64,000 bases of DNA from positions 128,861-192,860 of the forward strand of contig CAXGWS010000001.1 of the NCBI GenBank assembly GCA_964013535.1, written 5' to 3'. The notes beneath the pieces were generated by a model. That model was given only the letters and a program-made list of their open reading frames with translations. It made no database searches and had not been told where the DNA came from. Positions within the stretch are counted from its first letter, which is position 1; the number at the start of each line of letters is the position of its first letter. Below are positions 36,808 to 45,656 of this stretch, piece by piece. This stretch comes from an uncultured Candidatus Poseidoniales archaeon. GTDB taxonomy: Archaea > Thermoplasmatota > Poseidoniia > Poseidoniales > Poseidoniaceae. The position numbers and the translations under genes were made by a program.

Positions 36808-37623
36808 TCATTCACTGAAAATTTGAGTACCACGAGTCGGTAATCCTGTGCAAGCACGGTAAATTCTATCTGGATATTCACCGTTAACAATTAACACTTG
36901 AATGCCCAAAGCAGCAACCTCTGCACCTCTGTGCGCTTTCAAACCAATGCCACCTGTCACATCGATTTCCTTGTTGTGCACCCCTTTGAACTCAACTGAT
37001 GGTGACCAATTTTCAATCAAATCACTACTTGTCGCAAGTTCCGGAGGCCTTCTTAAAATCCCATCAACACCTTTGATAGCAAACACAAGTCGTGATACGT
37101 TCGGAACATCCTGACATATCCTTACTACAAGATCATCCCCTGACAGAATGCCGAATTCCCCCTCATCACAATCTACTACATCGCCGAAAGTAATAGCAAC
37201 GTCCTTATCGGTGGTGAAAGTCTCTAAGATTTCACCATGGAAATTACTTCCAGTATTCTTTGCCCATTTGTGAGGTGGTAGTGTAATTGAAGAAACCCCT
37301 TGCTTAGAGAATGCTTCAACTATGATAGAATTTAAAGTAAGCATTTCATTACGTACAATACCAACAGCCATTTTTTGACTTTTACAATCATCTTGTGGAG
37401 TTATTTCTATATCTTCAATCAAACCCTCTTGCAATCGCCAGTGCTTTGACCTGAGATGACCAAATGAACCTGCTCCGTGGACAACTATAACCTTCATACC
37501 ACTATCTAAACACTTTACCACTACGCCGACCAGTTGGTCAATAATACCTAAATCAGGCGTACACATTTTTGATTTGTTAGTGATTAGTCCGCCGCCGAAC
37601 TTTATCACCACGACCTCAGCCAT
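36808..37623 (-). CDS. ipk: Isopentenyl phosphate kinase
   Basis: Amino-acid-kinase fold with 'VVIKFGGGLITNK' and 'VVHGAGSFGH'. ATG 37623 preferred over GTG 37665. Confidence 0.85.
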   Translation of the reverse strand: MAEVVVIKFGGGLITNKSKMCTPDLGIIDQLVGVVVKCLDSGMKVIVVHGAGSFGHLRSKHWRLQEGLIEDIEITPQDDCKSQKMAVGIVRNEMLTLNSIIVEAFSKQGVSSITLPPHKWAKNTGSNFHGEILETFTTDKDVAITFGDVVDCDEGEFGILSGDDLVVRICQDVPNVSRLVFAIKGVDGILRRPPELATSSDLIENWSPSVEFKGVHNKEIDVTGGIGLKAHRGAEVAALGIQVLIVNGEYPDRIYRACTGLPTRGTQIFSE

Positions 37624-37673
37624 GATATTGCCAATTGTTGTCCACTCAATAGCGTTGTGACTCACAAGGATTG

Positions 37674-38039
37674 ATGAACAAGAGGAAACTCAGGTTAGTC
37701 ATGCCCGAAGGTCCGCTAGTCGATGAATTCATGAGACATTTACAAGCAAGTCTCGACGAAGCTATGGAAATTGAAGATAAAATTGAGAGGCATGACCGTA
37801 TTCTTCAGTTAGAAATCGCTATTCAAGAAGCGATTATTTTCAAAAATCGATATCAAGAATTAGTAAGCCACGGTATCGATCCGTTGGTATTAGTGAGCCA
37901 GCGAGATGGACAGGAGGCACCTCCGCCCGCAACCAAATCACAAGCACTGACATTGGGCACCACAAGTTGTTCTGAATGCGGCTCTGCTTTGGACCCGGAC
38001 CTTGATTTCTGTCCGGCCTGCGGCGCCATACAAAAGTAG
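37674..38039 (+). CDS. Small coiled-coil protein with C-terminal zinc ribbon (hypothetical)
   Basis: 'CSECGSALDPDLDFCPACG' at the C-terminus; ATG 37674. Confidence 0.45.
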   Translation: MNKRKLRLVMPEGPLVDEFMRHLQASLDEAMEIEDKIERHDRILQLEIAIQEAIIFKNRYQELVSHGIDPLVLVSQRDGQEAPPPATKSQALTLGTTSCSECGSALDPDLDFCPACGAIQK

Positions 38040-38041
38040 AA

Positions 38042-38749
38042 TCACTCTTCTTCTGCTTCTTCTGCTTCCCATCGAGCAACAATCTCGGAAATTACTGGGT
38101 CATCATTTTCAACTTGATACAGGTAGTCAGAAGGCATGTCCGTAGCCAAGAATACTGATTTCCCAGCACGGAAAATCGTGTTACCATCAGCGATTGCTCG
38201 AGTAGTATCTACTTCAATAACTGCTGGTCTATCGATTCTTACGTGTCCTGCCTCCATAGCTTTGGCTATGGTTTTGGACAAGTGAACATGTTGCCTATCA
38301 CCTGCAGTGATACCTAATTCGAGGATTGTTGGAACTTGGTCTGGCTCGCATGGCCAGTATAGTGCTTCTGGTATGTCATCGGTTGGCAAATCAAGTTCGA
38401 GTTCTATAGAATGGCCATATGTGGCTCTAATCATCTCTCCTTCGACTTGATACCTACCCTTTTCATCTGAGTTAGCGATGGCTTCGAAGTGCCATCCTCG
38501 CAACCAATGATAGTGTCTCCTTTGGTTGGAAATAGCATCTGATAATTCTCTTGTATTCACCCAACCGTTAATGTCCATGTCAACACCGAATTTTTCCGGT
38601 GCATGTCGTAAAACAAGGGCCAATATTCTACCCAATGATTGTGCTTCACGGTCACTCATGATGAATTTGCCTTCTTGATTACATACTGGGCAGTTACTTC
38701 CGATGAAGAACTTAGTTTCGCACCCATTATCCCTACATTGTCTTAGCAT
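38042..38749 (-). CDS. kptA: RNA 2'-phosphotransferase (Tpt1/KptA) with N-terminal zinc ribbon
   Basis: 'LGRILALVLRHAPEKFGVDMDINGWV', 'IRATYGHS', 'VHLS' family blocks; N-terminal 'CRDNGC...CPVC'. Confidence 0.85.
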   Translation of the reverse strand: MLRQCRDNGCETKFFIGSNCPVCNQEGKFIMSDREAQSLGRILALVLRHAPEKFGVDMDINGWVNTRELSDAISNQRRHYHWLRGWHFEAIANSDEKGRYQVEGEMIRATYGHSIELELDLPTDDIPEALYWPCEPDQVPTILELGITAGDRQHVHLSKTIAKAMEAGHVRIDRPAVIEVDTTRAIADGNTIFRAGKSVFLATDMPSDYLYQVENDDPVISEIVARWEAEEAEEE

Positions 38750-38869
38750 GATTCAATGCGGAGTGCCTATGTTATTAGTATCTACGGATATTTGCCACAC
38801 AACTAAATCAAAACATCATAGATGAAATTTAACCGCTTTAATCAAATGCTACTTGCTGTTGGGTGGTTC

Positions 38870-40042
38870 ATGGTTGATGTAGCCATCATCGGTGCTGGCC
38901 AAACAAAATATGGCAATCACCACCTTGGCATGAAAGGAATGTGGGCTGAAGCCGCAGGTAATGCCTTTGATAGTGTTGATAAGGACTTTCATCCATCAAA
39001 AATTGATGAGGCATTTATTGGCAGTGTGGCATTTGGTGGCGGACAGTTAGGAAACACTGCAGCACTCTTGACAGAACATTCGGGCATGCAGGGAAAATCT
39101 GTTCGAAGAGTAGAAAATGCCTGTGCATCATCGGGGTTTGCCTTGCGTGATGCATGGATGGCAATCAAAAGTGGCCAAGCCGACATTGTTGTTGCCGGTG
39201 GCATTGAAAAAATGAATGACTTGACGCCGGAAAGAAAGCGCTACTGGCTTGGTGTGTCTGGCGATACTGAATGGGAGCGTCTGGCAGGTTTGACTTTTCC
39301 CGGAACCTATGCATTGATGGCTCGTCGGTACTTTCACGAATTCGACTCTGACCATGATGATCTTGTACACATCAGCGTCAAGAATCACTATCACGGATTG
39401 GATAATTCCGTTGCTCACATTCGCAAAGACGTCAGTTTTGAGAAGGCACAAAGCGGATTTATGGTTGCCGACCCATTGACGTTGTATGATTGCTGTCCGA
39501 CATCAGATGGAGCTTCTTGCGTAATTCTTGCCGCTGACCACGTTGCACGACAATATACCGACACTCCAGTTTGGATAAATGCATCAGCGGCGGCATCCGA
39601 TTATCTCGCCCTGCATGATAGGCCATCAATAACCCAACTTTTGGCGACTCAACTCGCGGCTAAACGAGCATATGAAATGGCAGGAATCAATCCGAAGCAA
39701 GTCGATTTAGCAGAGGTCCATGATTGCTTTACCATCGCAGAACTATTTGCTACTGAAGATCTAGGTTTCGCCTCTCGGGGAGAGGGTGGTTTGTATGCCC
39801 GAGAGGGTAGAGGCCGTAGAAATGAAGGCAATACCTGCATTAATCCAAGTGGCGGATTGAAGTCAAAAGGGCATCCACTTGGCGCTACAGGTACTGGCCA
39901 AACTGTAGAGATATTCAAGCAACTGCGTGCGGAAGTTGAATCAAGTCGACAGGTTAGGGATGCACAGCAAGCTTTGAGTCACAATGTTGGTGGCTCTGGA
40001 GCAACTTGTGCTGTACATTTGTATGGGAGGGACCGAGCATGA
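38870..40042 (+). CDS. Thiolase (archaeal acetyl-CoA C-acetyltransferase / SCP-x-type)
   Basis: 'VAIIGAGQTKYG', active-site Cys 'VENACASSG', 'GHPLGATG', 'NVGGSGA'. ATG 38870 preceded by GGGTGG. Confidence 0.88.
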   Translation: MVDVAIIGAGQTKYGNHHLGMKGMWAEAAGNAFDSVDKDFHPSKIDEAFIGSVAFGGGQLGNTAALLTEHSGMQGKSVRRVENACASSGFALRDAWMAIKSGQADIVVAGGIEKMNDLTPERKRYWLGVSGDTEWERLAGLTFPGTYALMARRYFHEFDSDHDDLVHISVKNHYHGLDNSVAHIRKDVSFEKAQSGFMVADPLTLYDCCPTSDGASCVILAADHVARQYTDTPVWINASAAASDYLALHDRPSITQLLATQLAAKRAYEMAGINPKQVDLAEVHDCFTIAELFATEDLGFASRGEGGLYAREGRGRRNEGNTCINPSGGLKSKGHPLGATGTGQTVEIFKQLRAEVESSRQVRDAQQALSHNVGGSGATCAVHLYGRDRA

Positions 40043-40860
40043 GTTTGGTAGAAAACTGGCAAGGGTATCTTGTTTCACAAACCGACTCCTCAACCCAAAT
40101 TTTTTCTCCTTGGAAATTAAACGGCGCAGCAGTATTTGGTTATGATAGCGATTATACTACTTTGGCTATATCCCTGCTTAGACGGCTTGCAAGCGAAGAA
40201 AAAACGCTGGTGGTAAGCGAAGTTGATAAGCAAGTATCTAAACAAATTTTATTTGCAGCGACCAATACTGTCGAAGGAGAAAATGGATTGACAATATCAT
40301 GTGGCAAAGACGCATCAGTAATTGCTTTCACTGGTGAAATTAGTCTTGTCGAGGTTCCTATTTCCAACATGGTTGAAATTGATAGTGAAATCTATCATGG
40401 CATTAATCATGCTTGGCAAGATGAATCAAATGAAAAGAACATATCACAAGGCGCTTATGTATCAGGGCAGCAATATGATGAATCGCTTGAATCTAGACTA
40501 TCCTTGATTGCACAAGAACACGACATGCTAATTTGGCCTCGACGGCAAATGGATGATCAAGGCAACAAAATTAGCGAGAATAATGTTAGAATAAAACCGG
40601 AGGGAAAAATTACCTCTTGGACAAAACTATCTGCGGCCGGAGCACCTTCGGAATTTGCCATAAGAGCACCTATTTTAGGAGGAATCTCAACAGTTATGGT
40701 TCAAACAACAGACGGTCCTAATGGAGTGTTTTTACTAGCCGATGATCAAGACCTAACGCCACAGATAGGCGACTCGGTGGAAATAGTTGTAAGACGGCTC
40801 TATGCACAAGAAGGTTTGATGCGATATGGCGCTAAAGCGATAATCAATAATCGCTCATAA
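40039..40860 (+). CDS. DUF35 OB-fold protein (thiolase partner) with ~190-aa N-terminal extension
   Basis: ATGA overlap with the thiolase stop. C-terminal OB-fold-like 'GKITSWTKLSAAGAPSEF...VMVQTTDGPNGVFLLADD...GDSVEIVVRRLYAQEG'. No CxxC zinc ribbon visible. Confidence 0.65.
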   Translation: MSLVENWQGYLVSQTDSSTQIFSPWKLNGAAVFGYDSDYTTLAISLLRRLASEEKTLVVSEVDKQVSKQILFAATNTVEGENGLTISCGKDASVIAFTGEISLVEVPISNMVEIDSEIYHGINHAWQDESNEKNISQGAYVSGQQYDESLESRLSLIAQEHDMLIWPRRQMDDQGNKISENNVRIKPEGKITSWTKLSAAGAPSEFAIRAPILGGISTVMVQTTDGPNGVFLLADDQDLTPQIGDSVEIVVRRLYAQEGLMRYGAKAIINNRS

Positions 40861-40901
40861 CTGGCAAAGCATTCATAGAAAAAACACGGTTTGGACTGAA
40901 T

Positions 40902-41918
40902 ATGGCGGGATTTGGCGGACTTAGGAAAGGACGGCGCGAAGCGGCAGACAACCTCTCATACACCGAGGGTGGAGACTGCCCCCGATGCGGTGGAGACTCT
41001 GAAAATTCAACTATGGCGGGTTATTTGCGTTGTGTTGTTTGTTCGCATGAATGGCCCGACCCAAATTATTCTGAAGAGAGTAAGCAGCAAGAAATACCGA
41101 CCTATCAACGTGATGCAGAATTGATTGAACAATTCAAAAAGGATGTAGCATCGGGGAGTTTAGCCAATGTTCTAGGTGTAAGTAAAAATCTCTCCGAGCA
41201 ACAAGAAGCATCACTTGCGCGCTTAGAAGATAAGTGGATGAGCGGGATGCAAGGAAGATTCAACACAGCTACAGAAGAAAGAAAACCATTGATGATAATG
41301 TTTGACGATGAAGATAATATCGTCTCAACTGAAGTTGCTGCGTTGACAATAGTAGCCAATGGTTTTGATGGTGGCGAGGAGATTAGATTGGAATATCCAG
41401 GAAAAGGTACAGAATTTTATTCTTACAATGTCAATGATGGAATGGGATGGCGAAAAGGCGCCAGTGCAGAAGAGACTGCTAGGTCTATTGCAAATGTAAT
41501 CAATAACAAATCTAATCTTGTGTTCGCAAATGTTAACGGGGTAAGAATTTCATTTGAACTAAGAAATGAAGAATTACGGCCTGAATCTTTGGTTTTATTC
41601 GTTGACGATCCCGGTGGTACGGACATAATTGCTGAGAAGAATGGAGTTGTATTAGATGCAAGAAACGCCTCGGATTTTGAGGACTACCGCAGAATTGTCG
41701 AGATGGTTTTGGAAGATGGTATCATCTCGCCGAGTGAGGACCAACTACTATGGTCACTTAGACAAGAATTGGGTATTGATGATGCTTATCACATTCAAAT
41801 GGTGCTAAGCATGTATGGCGACCAGACGCTAAAAGAGTGTACGAGTTGCTCAGCAATGGCTGAATTGTATGTCGAATACGGAACTTGGTATTGTCACTCT
41901 TGTGAAGAGTGGTGTTAA
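40902..41918 (+). CDS. Hypothetical protein with zinc ribbons at both termini
   Basis: N-terminal 'CPRCGG...CVVCSHEW'; C-terminal 'CTSCSA...CHSCEEWC'; helical 'EDYRRIVEMVLEDGIISPSEDQLLWSLRQELGI' segment (TerB-like, tentative). Confidence 0.5.
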   Translation: MAGFGGLRKGRREAADNLSYTEGGDCPRCGGDSENSTMAGYLRCVVCSHEWPDPNYSEESKQQEIPTYQRDAELIEQFKKDVASGSLANVLGVSKNLSEQQEASLARLEDKWMSGMQGRFNTATEERKPLMIMFDDEDNIVSTEVAALTIVANGFDGGEEIRLEYPGKGTEFYSYNVNDGMGWRKGASAEETARSIANVINNKSNLVFANVNGVRISFELRNEELRPESLVLFVDDPGGTDIIAEKNGVVLDARNASDFEDYRRIVEMVLEDGIISPSEDQLLWSLRQELGIDDAYHIQMVLSMYGDQTLKECTSCSAMAELYVEYGTWYCHSCEEWC

Positions 41919-41946
41919 TACAATTATGCCTTCCAAGACACCGTTC

Positions 41947-41956
41947 TATATATTTT
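41947..41956 (+). promoter_or_regulatory. TATA-box-like element (TATATATTTT) upstream of the actin-like gene
   Basis: Lies in the 126-bp gap before ATG 42045 and would imply a 5' UTR of about 60-65 nt. Confidence 0.3.
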
Positions 41957-42044
41957 CATTTCCTTGATTTACGCCCTGCTTTTAGACAGAACACATAGGG
42001 ATTATTCATAAGGTATGTCGCAATGGGACAGTTAGGCGAGTCAC

Positions 42045-43070
42045 ATGGCTGGAGATGTATTGTATATTGGAATTGATTTGGGAACTTTTCGCTCGGTAAT
42101 GGTTTCCTCAGATAGTCACGAAGAAGAAGAATTAACTGTTATTGGAACACCAAAGGACCCAATTGCAAAAAATTTCTTGAAAAGAGACGTATTGTTTGGA
42201 GAAGAAGCTCTAAAGAATCGTTTAGCATTGAATCTATTCAGACCTCTAGAGCATGGTGTCATCAAAGATACTGCAGAGGATCGAGACTTCATCGCCCACT
42301 TCATCACACATCTAATATCTCTTTCAGACCCTGAAGATTACGACAGAGTTGTTGCCGTTATCGGTGCGCCAGCAGAGGCAAGTTATGTTGACAAGACCGC
42401 AATTTTCGATGCCGCCGCAGGAACTGTCAATGCTGCCATGATTATCTCTGAGCCGTTTGCTGTAGCATACGCCCTTGACATGATTGAGCACACATTAGTC
42501 ATCGATATTGGCGCTGGTACAACCGACCTGTGTCGAGTCTACGGAACTATCCCAAGTCCTGATGACCAAATGCACACCGAATACGCTGGAGATTATGTTG
42601 ACAAGAAAATAATCGAGGAAGTACAGTCTAAGTACAGTGGAGCTCAAATTACCAAAGATATGGCAAGACGATGGAAAGAACAACATTCGTTCGTCGGAAC
42701 CTCAACCCCTGATGAACCGGTTATGGTTGATTTCTCGATTGAAGGAAAAGCCATGACATTAGACATCACAGATTGCATTCAGAAAGCTTGTGAATCAATT
42801 GTTGACCCAATCGTTGAGAATGTCAAAGTACTAATCGCTGGCTCAAACCCAGAATATCACGACCAATTTAGAAGAAACATGATTCTCGCAGGTGGCGGTT
42901 CCGGAATTTCCGGCTTGGGAGCCATGATTGAGCGTAGATTAAGCGATTTGGGAGATGTAAATGTTCACGTTGTTGATGACCCTGTAAGGCTCGGTGCCAT
43001 GGGTGGCTTGCGACTGGCAATGGAAGTTCCTGAAGAGATGTGGAAGAATCTAACACTAGCGTCACGCTGA
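42045..43070 (+). CDS. Actin-fold ATPase, MamK/MreB-like
   Basis: Phosphate-1 'YIGIDLGTFRS', phosphate-2 'LVIDIGAGTTDL', adenosine 'MILAGGGSGISGL'; 'IGTPKDPIAKNFL..DVLFGEEAL...FRPLEHGVI' resembles the MamK/MreB N-terminal region; 341 aa. Confidence 0.8.
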   Translation: MAGDVLYIGIDLGTFRSVMVSSDSHEEEELTVIGTPKDPIAKNFLKRDVLFGEEALKNRLALNLFRPLEHGVIKDTAEDRDFIAHFITHLISLSDPEDYDRVVAVIGAPAEASYVDKTAIFDAAAGTVNAAMIISEPFAVAYALDMIEHTLVIDIGAGTTDLCRVYGTIPSPDDQMHTEYAGDYVDKKIIEEVQSKYSGAQITKDMARRWKEQHSFVGTSTPDEPVMVDFSIEGKAMTLDITDCIQKACESIVDPIVENVKVLIAGSNPEYHDQFRRNMILAGGGSGISGLGAMIERRLSDLGDVNVHVVDDPVRLGAMGGLRLAMEVPEEMWKNLTLASR

Positions 43071-43072
43071 GT

Positions 43073-43708
43073 TTACTCGGATTCGGTTAAACCATATTTT
43101 TCCGCTAGTCGGGGATCGATTAGTGGCGCTTGACAGTGCGGACACAAATCACTTGCACTCAGCATTGATGGCCTAATGGCTAAAACCGCCATGCATTTTG
43201 GACATGCTGCCAACATTTCACCTTGTTCTAACTCAAAGTCAATTCCTGTTGATTCCATATCGAAATAGCCCGATTTGTAAACTGGATTAAAATGATACAT
43301 AAATCTGCGAAATGAGCCAATAGTTGCCCAACCTGTAAGGAAAACAAATAGTAGTGACCCAACGTTGCCCCTCAATAAGAAATACAAGTTTAGTAATGCA
43401 ACGATACCGAAAAATACTCCAGCGAGAAGTATCAAAATAGAACCGGGCCAATATGCCCATGATTTTGTTGATTTGTAAGAATTCCAGATTGAAAAATTAA
43501 CTAAGCCAAATAAACCCAACATCATTGTCGCAAAATTGGCCGATATTATTGAACTGATATCCCAAATTAATAACAATACCACCAATCCATCAATGAATAC
43601 AATAAATGATGTGCCTCGATGGATTCTATCGAACGCACTGTTGCGCGCAACCAAACTGTTTGGACTCATACCAGCAACGACTAATTGGTCGCCTCTGTTT
43701 GGCTGCAT
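43073..43708 (-). CDS. Membrane protein (about 4 TM) with C-terminal zinc ribbon (hypothetical)
   Basis: Four hydrophobic helices followed by 'CPKCMAVL...CPHCQAPL'; converges on the actin gene with a 2-nt gap. Confidence 0.5.
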   Translation of the reverse strand: MQPNRGDQLVVAGMSPNSLVARNSAFDRIHRGTSFIVFIDGLVVLLLIWDISSIISANFATMMLGLFGLVNFSIWNSYKSTKSWAYWPGSILILLAGVFFGIVALLNLYFLLRGNVGSLLFVFLTGWATIGSFRRFMYHFNPVYKSGYFDMESTGIDFELEQGEMLAACPKCMAVLAIRPSMLSASDLCPHCQAPLIDPRLAEKYGLTESE

Positions 43709-43804
43709 GTAAACCGCTAGTAGCCATTAATTTTGAATTATTGCATCAATCTGCTAATAATTTGCTAACGAAGGTGTCAAATTGGCCAAACCAGTGCGTT
43801 GACC

Positions 43805-44995
43805 ATGGCGATGCGCGACACGGATGTTGAAATTCGTGGAGATAGTCTTGCAGATAAGAAAATCCTGCTTGGCGTAAGCGGCGGTATCGCCGCAGTCGAC
43901 ACAGTAAGATTGGCTAGAGAATTGCGACGACATGGTGCTCAGGTAAGTGTCATGATGACACATTCCGCACAGAAGATAATCACACCATTAGCTGTTGAAT
44001 GGGCGACCCAAACACAAGTGATTACAAGTTGGGAAAGCGATTTGTCTGCTTTGGATGAAGTTGATGGCATTTTGATTGCCCCAGCAACAAGAGATTTACT
44101 TGCGAGTTACTTGCATGGACTACAACACGGACCAATACTCATGGCATTGAGCGCTGCAAGAACGAGGAATTGTCCGGTTATGATGATTCCAAGTATGCAC
44201 GCCGATTTAGCAGACGATCCAGTTACTACTGACCTTGTTGATGATGTAGAACAACACGGCATCAAAGTTCACTGGGGTGAAGAGCAAGAAGGCAAACGGA
44301 AAACTCCGCCACACGATGAAATTGTGGCGCGTTTTGCCCATTACATTAATTCCGCCAAGAGCCGTTCAGTAGTTATCACTCTTGGTTCAACCAAATCCCC
44401 TATTGATGATATCAGATTTTTAGCCAACAGTAGTAGCGGAAAAACTGGTTTCAAGATTGCAGATTATCTTTACAGACACGGTCATGATGTGACTTGTGTC
44501 GCCGGTTTGACAAACTATGAACAGCCAAGTTGGTTACCACTGGTGATTAAAGCAGAACAGCCAGAGGTCATGCTGAAAGAATTAATCGCTTTGGCCAATG
44601 ATGAAATTGATGCTTGGGTCCACAGTGCTGCTGTTCTAGACTATGTTGTAAATAACCCAGCAAAAGGTAAACTGGCTAGTCAACAAGGCACATTGAATGT
44701 TGAGTTAGTTGAAAGTCCAAAGCATATTTTAGCGCTCAAAGAAAAATGCGTTGGCGCTGTTCGAATTGGATTCAAATTAGAAAGTGGTGTCAAACAAAAG
44801 GAATTGGTTCGAAGAGCAGTTGCACAACTTGAGCACTCCGGAATGACTGCTGTCATTGCCAACAGATTGGAAGATTTGAACAGGAAAGACAAACCACGGG
44901 CATATCTTGTTGACAAATCTGGTGCCGACTTCACATTGTCTACGATGCATGATGTTTGCCAAGCAATTCAAACAGTTATCGAAAGAGGAGTCTAG
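43805..44995 (+). CDS. coaBC: Bifunctional phosphopantothenoylcysteine decarboxylase / synthetase
   Basis: Flavoprotein 'KKILLGVSGGIAA'; CoaB 'ITLGSTKSPIDDIRFLANSSSGKTG'. ATG 43805 preferred over TTG 43799. Confidence 0.88.
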   Translation: MAMRDTDVEIRGDSLADKKILLGVSGGIAAVDTVRLARELRRHGAQVSVMMTHSAQKIITPLAVEWATQTQVITSWESDLSALDEVDGILIAPATRDLLASYLHGLQHGPILMALSAARTRNCPVMMIPSMHADLADDPVTTDLVDDVEQHGIKVHWGEEQEGKRKTPPHDEIVARFAHYINSAKSRSVVITLGSTKSPIDDIRFLANSSSGKTGFKIADYLYRHGHDVTCVAGLTNYEQPSWLPLVIKAEQPEVMLKELIALANDEIDAWVHSAAVLDYVVNNPAKGKLASQQGTLNVELVESPKHILALKEKCVGAVRIGFKLESGVKQKELVRRAVAQLEHSGMTAVIANRLEDLNRKDKPRAYLVDKSGADFTLSTMHDVCQAIQTVIERGV

Positions 44996-45002
44996 TGATA
45001 AC

Positions 45003-45656
45003 ATGCGCCGTTTTGCCATAATCGGTCACCGCGCCATGGCCTCCGGAAAACTCCCCATCAATGACTTAGCAGGTGCTGCTGGCCGCATGGACGTCTTAGT
45101 TAGAGCGTTAATGGCTTCACTAATGACGAGTCATGGTTTACGAAAAGATAGCGAAGTAATCCTTCACCTGTGGGGAGGACCGGGCCCACGACGTAGGTTG
45201 AAGTTTGTCGGTAGTGAAGTCTCAGGAATTCATGCCGAAGAAAGGTCTGTCGCTGGACAGATTGCCAAAGTAATACGCGAACCAGTACCACCAATTGGTA
45301 GTTGGGTTAGACGTTCACCTGGAATATACGATAGTGGAGGCAGTATTGAAGAAACAATCGATGAGTGGCAATCTTCTGAGGTTGTCGTGCTCGATGCAAA
45401 AGGACCCCGTTTGTGGACTAATGAGGCATCCATACCAATCGAAAGTACACCACATTCATTGAGTGTTGAAAATGGTAATTCGACACATGTTGAAGGAATA
45501 GATATTGGATTTATCATCGGTGACGATAAACCGCTAGGTAAAGATATTTTGACAAGTAATAAACCACGGTCACTTGGTGATCAGTGGTTACAAGGGCATA
45601 TGGCCATAGCCATCTGTCACTTTATTTTAGATGAGGGAATTACCCTAAATCTCTAA
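45003..45656 (+). CDS. trmY: tRNA (pseudouridine54-N1)-methyltransferase TrmY-like (SPOUT, DUF358)
   Basis: 'MRRFAIIGHRA...LAGAAGRMDVLVRALMASLMTSHGLRKD' matches the TrmY N-terminal pattern; GAGGAG upstream of ATG 45003. Confidence 0.72.
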   Translation: MRRFAIIGHRAMASGKLPINDLAGAAGRMDVLVRALMASLMTSHGLRKDSEVILHLWGGPGPRRRLKFVGSEVSGIHAEERSVAGQIAKVIREPVPPIGSWVRRSPGIYDSGGSIEETIDEWQSSEVVVLDAKGPRLWTNEASIPIESTPHSLSVENGNSTHVEGIDIGFIIGDDKPLGKDILTSNKPRSLGDQWLQGHMAIAICHFILDEGITLNL

